From: Fidelibacterota bacterium
GTDB taxonomy: Bacteria; Fidelibacterota; Marinisomatia; Marinisomatales; SCKK01
DNA length: 32,000 bases
Assembly: GCA_004124475.1 (NCBI GenBank)
Contig: SCKK01000008.1
Span: forward strand, 8,075-40,074
Direction of reading: 5' to 3'
Below the pieces are notes generated by a model that did not search any database, was not told the DNA's origin, and worked only from the letters and a program-made list of their open reading frames with translations. This document shows positions 23,849-29,677 of the stretch, in pieces. Position numbers and translations under genes: made by a program. The stretch's first letter is position 1; each line of letters opens with the position of its first letter.

Positions 23849-25264
23849 ATGGAGAAGGAAATTCATCAGCTTAACAAAGCAGGGACCACATTCCGCACGA
23901 TTATTGAGCCGTTTAAAATCAAAACGGTAGAACCTCTCTGGATGACAACAGCGGAAGAGCGACAGAAGATTTTAAAGAATGTACACTACAACGTCTTTTT
24001 GATACAGGCTCAGGACGTCATCATCGATCTGCTCACAGACAGCGGCACCAGCGCTATGAGTTCGGAACAGTGGGCGGGCGTCATGCGTGGGGATGAAGCG
24101 TATGCCGGAAGTCGGAGTTATCAGAGATTTGAAGCCGTTGTCCATGAAATCTTTGGATTTAAGCATATCATCCCAACTCATCAGGGAAGAGCTGCGGAGA
24201 GAATCCTCTTTTCTGTGATGTGTAAAGAGGGAGACATCGTGCCAAACAACACCCATTTTGATACAACCCGGGCTAACGTGGAATTCCGGGGAGCCATAGC
24301 CGTAGACCTCCTCATCGATGAGGGGAAAGATACACAGAGCAAATACCCGTTTAAGGGAAACATGGATCTGGAAAAACTGAAAGCTCTTATCGATAAAGAA
24401 GGTGCCAAGAAAATCCCGCTATGTATGATTACCGTTACGAATAATTCCAGTGGTGGGCAGCCCGTGTCCATGACGAATATTAGGGCAGTTAAAAAGATTT
24501 TAGATGAGTATGGAGTTCCATTGTATTTAGATGCCTGTAGATTTGCAGAGAACGCTTATTTTATTAAACTTCGGGAAGATGGATATGAGAAAAAGTCTGT
24601 GGAAGAAATTGTTAAGGAAATGATGGGTTATGCTGATGGGTGCACCATGAGCGCCAAGAAAGATGGATTGACGAACATCGGCGGGTTTCTCTGCACAAAT
24701 GATGACATTCTTGCCCAACAGGAGCGGGATCTATTGATCATTTCTGAGGGATTCCCAACCTATGGAGGATTAGCCGGCAGAGATCTGGAAGCTATTGCCA
24801 TTGGACTGAAGGAAGTGCTTCACGAGGATTATCTGCTCTACCGGCTTGCTGAGACGCAGTACCTTGGTGAGCATCTGGATGAGATTGGATTCCCCATAGT
24901 TCAGCCGCCGGGAGGCCACGCTATTTACATCGATGCCAAAACCATGCTGCCGCATATTCCAGCAAGCCAGTATCCGGGACAGGCGTTGGTGGTTGAATTA
25001 TATCAGGTTGGAGGCATTCGTGCAGTTGAGATCGGATCGATTATGTTTGGGAAGGTAGATGAGGATACGGGGGAGGAAATTCCTGCAGAAATGGAGCTGG
25101 TCAGGTTGGCAATCCCGAGAAGGGTTTACACTCAAAGTCATATCGATTATGTAATTGAAGCCTGCAAGCGCGTTTGGGAAAATCGAGATGCGCTCAGGGG
25201 ATATAAAATTGTGGAGCAGGCAAAATTCCTGAGGCACTTTACAGCGAAGTTTGAGCCGGTTTAA
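23849..25264 (+). CDS. tnaA: tryptophanase (beta-eliminating lyase family; tyrosine phenol-lyase not excluded)
   Basis: 471 aa, colinear with TnaA/TPL. Conserved blocks are EPFKIKTVEP, DLLTDSGTSAMS, RGDEAYAGSRSY, IIPTHQGRAAE, TNNSSGGQPVS, the PLP-lysine motif SAKKDG, EGFPTYGGLAGRD, PHIPASQYPGQAL...GIRAVEIGS and LRHFTAKFEPV. Confidence 0.85.
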   Translation: MEKEIHQLNKAGTTFRTIIEPFKIKTVEPLWMTTAEERQKILKNVHYNVFLIQAQDVIIDLLTDSGTSAMSSEQWAGVMRGDEAYAGSRSYQRFEAVVHEIFGFKHIIPTHQGRAAERILFSVMCKEGDIVPNNTHFDTTRANVEFRGAIAVDLLIDEGKDTQSKYPFKGNMDLEKLKALIDKEGAKKIPLCMITVTNNSSGGQPVSMTNIRAVKKILDEYGVPLYLDACRFAENAYFIKLREDGYEKKSVEEIVKEMMGYADGCTMSAKKDGLTNIGGFLCTNDDILAQQERDLLIISEGFPTYGGLAGRDLEAIAIGLKEVLHEDYLLYRLAETQYLGEHLDEIGFPIVQPPGGHAIYIDAKTMLPHIPASQYPGQALVVELYQVGGIRAVEIGSIMFGKVDEDTGEEIPAEMELVRLAIPRRVYTQSHIDYVIEACKRVWENRDALRGYKIVEQAKFLRHFTAKFEPV

Positions 25265-25273
25265 CAAAAAGGA

Positions 25274-25290
25274 AAAAGATGTCATCTTTT
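25274..25290. repeat. 17-nt perfect palindrome aaaagatg-t-catctttt (REP-like)
   Basis: It lies 10 nt after the tnaA stop. The same palindrome flanks the RAYT gene at 27716-27730 and 28380-28414. Confidence 0.7.
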
Positions 25291-25300
25291 ATTGGAAGCC

Positions 25301-25426
25301 AAAACACCCCACGACCATGAAGTCCTCCAACGGCAGATTGATGCCACGGACAAGCAGATAGATCGGTTGGTGTATGAGCTGTATGAGTTGACGGAGGAGG
25401 AGATTGGGATTGTGGAAGGGAAATAG
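25301..25426 (+). pseudogene. relic A of the 3' end of an N6-adenine DNA methyltransferase / type IIG restriction-modification-like gene
   Basis: It translates to KTPHDHEVLQRQIDATDKQIDRLVYELYELTEEEIGIVEGK followed by a stop. This is the characteristic C-terminal helix motif (ID..VYeLYgLTeEEI.iVE) of Eco57I/type IIG/PglX-type methyltransferases. No methyltransferase body lies upstream. Confidence 0.6.
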
Positions 25427-25427
25427 C

Positions 25428-25541
25428 TTGCCAGATATAATTACAAATGTTCTAGTTGCAATCATTGTCGGATTAGTCTTGGCTTATGTAAGGTATTGCT
25501 TTGGTATTAGAAAATTTTGGTTTGAAATGAAAAATTTTTAG
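25428..25541 (+). CDS. possible 37-aa hydrophobic peptide
   Basis: Found by hand. The TTG at 25428 lies 7 nt after the GGAAGGG at the end of relic A. It encodes LPDIITNVLVAIIVGLVLAYVRYCFGIRKFWFEMKNF (one TM helix). It may not be expressed. Confidence 0.15.
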   Translation: MPDIITNVLVAIIVGLVLAYVRYCFGIRKFWFEMKNF

Positions 25542-25604
25542 CAAAATAAGGAAATAAAAAGAATTGATGGATTGTTGAAAATCCAAAAAGTTCGGGAGTT
25601 TGAT

Positions 25605-26393
25605 ATGTTTGAAAATTATGTTGAAGAACAAAAGGAACTTTTACCTTTTGTTAAAAAACAGTATAACATGTTCCCAAAGTTACAATTGCCCAGTTTCTAT
25701 GAGAGTGGAAATAATTTCATTGAAAGTAGGATAAGAAACAATACAACAAAATGGTGGAGAGAAATTGAGAATTGCGTAGAAGAAATATGTTATGCTTACT
25801 GTTTCTTTAAAGAATATATTTGCCTGAAAGACACATATCATGAAGATGTAGAATCTGATTCATTTAACCGGGCTTATGAAATTCTTCTCTTCGAAATACC
25901 ATTTTGGACAAACAACCTCTTAAGTAGGTTATATTCTTTCAGGGAAAAAATAGCGCACTTAATTTTCTTTTTGAATGACGGTGTGTTGAGGATTGGGAGA
26001 AAAAATAAGAAATATAGGATGCGTGATATTTCATTTAGCAACATTCATCAATCAATTAGAGATTTTTCGCAAAAGGACAAATTGCCAGTTTGGCTTTCTT
26101 ATAATGATAAGGAAGTTATGTTGAAGGCACTTAAAGAATTTGGGTCCGAAGAAGTTAAAAATCTATTGGATATCCGCCACGCATTCATTCATAATTCTTC
26201 ACCGGCTATTGACACAACTGGGACAGGACTATTGCTATTTGGCGGAGAAATGAATGGGGATGGTAATTTCTCAGTAGAAATCGAACGGCCTCCTAATTAT
26301 GATTACCAAACGATAGAAAGTGAATTCTTGAAAATTTGGGAAATATTTAAAGAGAACACGATAAAGATTTCAAGGTTAGAATTTTTTCAGTAA
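25605..26393 (+). CDS. hypothetical protein, HEPN-like (Cthe_2314/Abi-type) candidate
   Basis: The ATG at 25605 has a GGGAG RBS 6 nt upstream and is preferred over the track's TTG at 25572. It is predicted all-helical. There is an Rx4H motif in LLDIRHAFIHNSS preceded by the helix LYSFREKIAHLIFFLND, as in HEPN families. The coding sequence is AT-rich. Confidence 0.4.
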   Translation: MFENYVEEQKELLPFVKKQYNMFPKLQLPSFYESGNNFIESRIRNNTTKWWREIENCVEEICYAYCFFKEYICLKDTYHEDVESDSFNRAYEILLFEIPFWTNNLLSRLYSFREKIAHLIFFLNDGVLRIGRKNKKYRMRDISFSNIHQSIRDFSQKDKLPVWLSYNDKEVMLKALKEFGSEEVKNLLDIRHAFIHNSSPAIDTTGTGLLLFGGEMNGDGNFSVEIERPPNYDYQTIESEFLKIWEIFKENTIKISRLEFFQ

Positions 26394-26420
26394 AATATCG
26401 TAAGCTATCTTGTTTCGACT

Positions 26421-26545
26421 AAAACACCCCACGAACGTGAAGTCCTACAGCGGCAGATTGACCGGTTGGTGCCTGTCCGCCTACTGGCGGATATGAGTTG
26501 TATGAGTTGACGAAGGAGGAAGTTGGGATTGTGAAGAGGGGAAGG
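26421..26545 (+). pseudogene. relic B of the methyltransferase 3' end (21-nt deletion plus 20-nt hairpin insertion)
   Basis: The shared blocks are roughly 90% identical to relic A by eye. It lacks gccacggacaagcagatagat, a deletion between the imperfect direct repeats cagattgat and cagatagat. It carries cctgtccgcctactggcgga inserted between gtg and tat, which shifts the frame. Confidence 0.6.
26472..26491. repeat. 20-nt hairpin element inserted into relic B
   Basis: The stem is tccgcc/ggcgga with loop tact. Its reverse complement tccgccagtaggcggaca matches tccgccagctggcggaca at 14483-14500 at 16 of 18 positions. It is absent from the homologous position in relics A and C. Confidence 0.75.
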
Positions 26546-26550
26546 AAGAT

Positions 26551-27432
26551 ATGAGAAGAAAATTGGACCAGTATTTCAATAAAATATTCGTGATTGAGTC
26601 ATTAAGGAATAAAGACACAAAAACTGGAAGCGATCTTTATAATAAATATCTTAAGTTGAAAGTGAAACAAATCCAAGGCCTGGAAGCTGAGATAGTAATG
26701 CCGAAAACAAAGCAAGAATTTATTGATTTTCTTGAAAGAGTGTCGAATGAGGTACAAACAACTGATTTGCTTCCAGTATTCCATATTGAGATCCACGGAT
26801 CACCACAAGGATTAGAACTCGGTTCTGGTGAATTAATTGAATGGATGGAAATGTATCCCTTGCTTGTAGATATCAATACCCACATTGAAAATAATCTGCT
26901 AATTACTCTTGCAGTTTGCTGTGGTAACTACCTTACAAGTATTATTCTTCCTACTAAAAGAGCGCCTGTATGGGGCCTGATTAGTATTTGGGAAAAAGCG
27001 TGGGATTATGATATGGCAGTTAGTTTTAAGGAATTCTATGATGAGTTGCTAAGTTCCTTTGATGGTTTCTTTGATGGCGACAAAGCATTGGAAAAACTGA
27101 ATGAAGCTAACCCGGAAATAGGATATAAATACATATTCTATAGCTGCCAAAGGGTATTCCGTATGGCTTATAAGGAGCACTTGGCAAAGAACTACACTCA
27201 GGAAGCTATCAAAGAGAGAACACAAAGGATGTTTGAGAAGGCGCAGAATCAACCCCGATATAGAGGAAGGACCCCAAGGTCTATAAAAACACAACTCAGG
27301 AAAAATTTGTTAGAAAATCGCAGGCCAAAGTTTGAGGAATTCAAAGAAAAGTTTTTCATGTATGATTTATATCCAAAGAATAAGGGTCGATTTATTGTCC
27401 GATTTGAAGATGTCATGGCTGAGAATGATTAA
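26551..27432 (+). CDS. hypothetical protein, caspase/CHAT-like (clan CD His-Cys) candidate
   Basis: The alternating beta-alpha pattern places His after one strand (LLPVFHIEIHGSPQGLEL) and Cys after the next strand (NNLLITLAVCCGNY). This is the order and spacing seen in CHAT and caspase-fold peptidases. The C-terminal tail is helical and basic. A GGAAGGA RBS is supplied by the end of relic B. Confidence 0.35.
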   Translation: MRRKLDQYFNKIFVIESLRNKDTKTGSDLYNKYLKLKVKQIQGLEAEIVMPKTKQEFIDFLERVSNEVQTTDLLPVFHIEIHGSPQGLELGSGELIEWMEMYPLLVDINTHIENNLLITLAVCCGNYLTSIILPTKRAPVWGLISIWEKAWDYDMAVSFKEFYDELLSSFDGFFDGDKALEKLNEANPEIGYKYIFYSCQRVFRMAYKEHLAKNYTQEAIKERTQRMFEKAQNQPRYRGRTPRSIKTQLRKNLLENRRPKFEEFKEKFFMYDLYPKNKGRFIVRFEDVMAEND

Positions 27433-27517
27433 GTGTTAGGTTTATTCGATGATACTCTCTGTCCGCATGTATCCATCCTAATGAATTTTCGGTTACAAGA
27501 ATCACTTTTCCCCTCAA

Positions 27518-27640
27518 ATGCTGCACGATGAGACGGCTCTCCAGCGGCAGATAGATGCTACGGACAGGCAGATTGATCAATTGGTGTATAAGTTGTATGA
27601 ACTGACGGTGGGGGAGATCCGTCTAATCGAAGAAACGACG
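27518..27640 (+). pseudogene. relic C of the methyltransferase 3' end
   Basis: It translates to MLHDETALQRQIDATDRQIDQLVYKLYELTVGEIRLIEETT. The normal stop is lost, so the frame runs on through hairpin-element sequence to 27736. It is more diverged at the DNA level than relics A and B. Confidence 0.55.
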
Positions 27641-27715
27641 GACAATCCACGCCTACACAAGTTACGGCGGACAGGTAGAGATTGTGGAGGCAGGAACAAA
27701 AAGAGGACTGGGAAG

Positions 27716-27730
27716 AAAGATGACATCTTT
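27716..27730. repeat. 15-nt perfect palindrome aaagatg-a-catcttt (REP-like), 5' flank of the RAYT gene
   Basis: Located 31 nt upstream of the ATG at 27761. It has the same core as 25274-25290 and 28380-28414. Confidence 0.7.
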
Positions 27731-27760
27731 TATTAGAATCTTTTTACTACTTGAATTTCA

Positions 27761-28351
27761 ATGAGTGAAAAATCAGACATATTCGTACCAGGATCGTATT
27801 ATCACGTTTATAATCGAGCCGTCACAGGGAGTAAACTCTTCCTCGAGGATAAAAACCATCTGTTTTTCCTTCAAAAGTATGACAAATATTTATCAGATTT
27901 CCTTGATACTTATTGTTATTGCTTATTACCAAATCATTTTCATCTGTTGGTGAGAATTAAGGAGAACAATCTTAATAAAAACCAAAATGATTATGATCAA
28001 AGAATCAGTCAACAGTTTCGAAAATTCTTTATCTCATATGCCATGTCTTTCAACAATCTTTATGATCGCAAGGGTACACTTTTTCAACGGCCCTTTAAGA
28101 GAAAATGGATAGACAGTAAAGAATACCTGGTGTATCTCGTGTATTACATCCATTCAAATCCAGAAAGGCATAGAATTACAGAAGACTTTAAAACATATAA
28201 GTTGAGCTCATATAAAAAAATTCAAGGCACTTATCCAAGCAAATTAAAGCGAAAGGAATTATTGGAATGGTTTGGGGGATTGAAGGAATATGTTAGATTC
28301 CACGAGGAAATTCAGAATATTGACAGAATTAAACATCTAATGATCGATTAG
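27761..28351 (+). CDS. HUH Y1 transposase of the REP-associated (RAYT / IS200-like domain, COG1943-type) class
   Basis: YHVYNRAV...F, the HUH motif in CLLPNHFHLLVRI, FQRPFKRK, and the catalytic-Tyr motif YYIHSNPERH. 196 aa. Confidence 0.75.
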   Translation: MSEKSDIFVPGSYYHVYNRAVTGSKLFLEDKNHLFFLQKYDKYLSDFLDTYCYCLLPNHFHLLVRIKENNLNKNQNDYDQRISQQFRKFFISYAMSFNNLYDRKGTLFQRPFKRKWIDSKEYLVYLVYYIHSNPERHRITEDFKTYKLSSYKKIQGTYPSKLKRKELLEWFGGLKEYVRFHEEIQNIDRIKHLMID

Positions 28352-28379
28352 AAAATGTCACTATTAAAAAGAGAAAGAA

Positions 28380-28414
28380 AAAAGATGACATCTTTTCGAA
28401 AAGATGTCATCTTT
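28380..28414. repeat. head-to-head doublet of the aaaagatgNcatctttt palindrome (REPIN-like), 3' flank of the RAYT gene
   Basis: aaaagatgacatctttt (28380-28396), cg, then aaaagatgtcatcttt (28399-14). The central base is flipped (a then t), so the whole 35 nt is itself palindromic. Confidence 0.7.
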
Positions 28415-28455
28415 AGTAGGTGAATTTATTAAGAAAAAGAAAGGACTATTGATTA

Positions 28456-29628
28456 ATGAAAAAAACTGTCTCTATTTTCACACTAATGATACTGATAACT
28501 GCCTGTGGTGATACCACGGATACATTTCATCACCAGTCATTTGTGGCTGATACCCACAATGATGTATTGCTCCGAGTCATGCAGGGAGAAGATATCTCTC
28601 AGATCACCTCATCCGGCCATTCCGACATTCCCAGGATGCTGGAGGGTGGTATCGATGCGCAGGTTTTTTCCGTATGGGTTAATCCATCGGAATACGGACG
28701 TAACAATTCCTATGACCGGGCGATTGAAATGATAAAAGCGTTAGAGAATATTCAGGAGGCGGTTCCAAACAAGTTTGAAATCACCAAATCTTATGATGAT
28801 CTTCTGCGTATTGAGAAAGCGGGGAAATTGGCAGGAATCATTGGGGTTGAAGGTGGACATGCTATTGAAAACGTTATGGTAAACCTCATTCGCCTCTATC
28901 GTCGTGGGATGCGGTATTTGACACTCACTTGGAATAACTCTACACCATGGGCCACTTCCGCCCTTGATGAGACCAAAAATGAGGATATCCCTTTTCGAGG
29001 ACTAACAGACTTTGGCCGCAAAGTCGTGAAAAAATGCAATGAACTCGGAATTATGATCGATGTATCCCATTTGGGTGAACAGGCATTCTGGGATGTGATA
29101 GAAACAACTACCCAGCCTATCATCGCTTCCCATTCTTGTGTTTATTCCCTCTGCCCCCATTTTCGAAACCTTAAAGATGACCAGTTAAAAGCCATTGGAG
29201 ATAACGGCGGTGTTGTGTTTGTGAATTTTTATCCGGGTTATTTGGATAGCACCTTCAAAGACAAGGCTGATGCGATTGAGGAAACTCATCAAAGAGAGTT
29301 GGATTCGTTGAAAGCACTATATGACGAGGAATCCGATGATTATTGGTACGGGAGCATGGCAATCCTTGGGGAGGAATTAGCGAAAGCAGCCCCCACAGTA
29401 GATGCAGTGATTGATCACATAGATTATATCGCAAAATTAGTAGGCGTTGACCATGTGGGATTGGGATCAGATTTTGATGGCGTGTCTGTGCTTCCCAAGG
29501 GATTAGAGGATTGTACCAAAATGCCTGTGATCACACGAAAACTACTCCACCGTGGTTATTCTAAAGAGGACGTGAGAAAAATCATAGGAGAAAATTTCAG
29601 ACGTATTTTTAAAGAAGTTGTTGGATAA
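28456..29628 (+). CDS. membrane dipeptidase (peptidase family M19), lipoprotein
   Basis: Lipobox LITAC. Zinc-ligand and family motifs are present: VADTHNDVLLR, GVEGGHAIE, YLTLTWN, IDVSHL, IASHS and GLGSDFDG. Confidence 0.9.
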   Translation: MKKTVSIFTLMILITACGDTTDTFHHQSFVADTHNDVLLRVMQGEDISQITSSGHSDIPRMLEGGIDAQVFSVWVNPSEYGRNNSYDRAIEMIKALENIQEAVPNKFEITKSYDDLLRIEKAGKLAGIIGVEGGHAIENVMVNLIRLYRRGMRYLTLTWNNSTPWATSALDETKNEDIPFRGLTDFGRKVVKKCNELGIMIDVSHLGEQAFWDVIETTTQPIIASHSCVYSLCPHFRNLKDDQLKAIGDNGGVVFVNFYPGYLDSTFKDKADAIEETHQRELDSLKALYDEESDDYWYGSMAILGEELAKAAPTVDAVIDHIDYIAKLVGVDHVGLGSDFDGVSVLPKGLEDCTKMPVITRKLLHRGYSKEDVRKIIGENFRRIFKEVVG

Positions 29629-29633
29629 AATAG

Positions 29634-29669
29634 AAACATGACATCCGTCAGTTGATGGATGTCATGTTT
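29634..29669. terminator. bidirectional terminator between convergent peptidase genes
   Basis: A 13-bp perfect stem, aaacatgacatcc (29634-46) / ggatgtcatgttt (29657-69), with a 10-nt loop and A/T runs on both sides. Confidence 0.7.
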
Positions 29670-29677
29670 GATGAAAC

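Noticed and set aside
25262-25426. Methylase-tail relic A is in the same reading frame as tnaA and separated from it only by a TAA stop, which would allow a stop-codon readthrough extension.
   Set aside because: Frame agreement has a 1-in-3 chance expectation. The relic is shared with two non-tnaA contexts, and TnaA ends at its normal conserved C-terminus (...FTAKFEPV).
25301-27640. Three similar direct repeats spaced about 1.1 kb apart, considered as a possible CRISPR-like or integron attC array.
   Set aside because: The repeats are ~125 bp long and protein-coding in origin, the intervening segments are full genes, and no cas gene or integrase is present. This is not a CRISPR array or an integron.
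27518-27736. 72-aa ORF treated as a genuine small gene.
   Set aside because: Its first 41 residues are the methyltransferase-tail relic. The remainder is read-through across hairpin-element and palindrome sequence, and it has no RBS.
27761-28351. Canonical IS200 element: about 700 bp, a single Y1 transposase, terminal hairpins.
   Set aside because: The protein matches the RAYT/COG1943-type pattern (YHVYNR, PNHFHLLV, YIHSNP) rather than the short IS200 TnpA pattern. The flanking sequences are simple perfect palindromes also found as a solitary copy. It is therefore reported as REP/RAYT-like, with the mobile-unit idea kept as an alternative.
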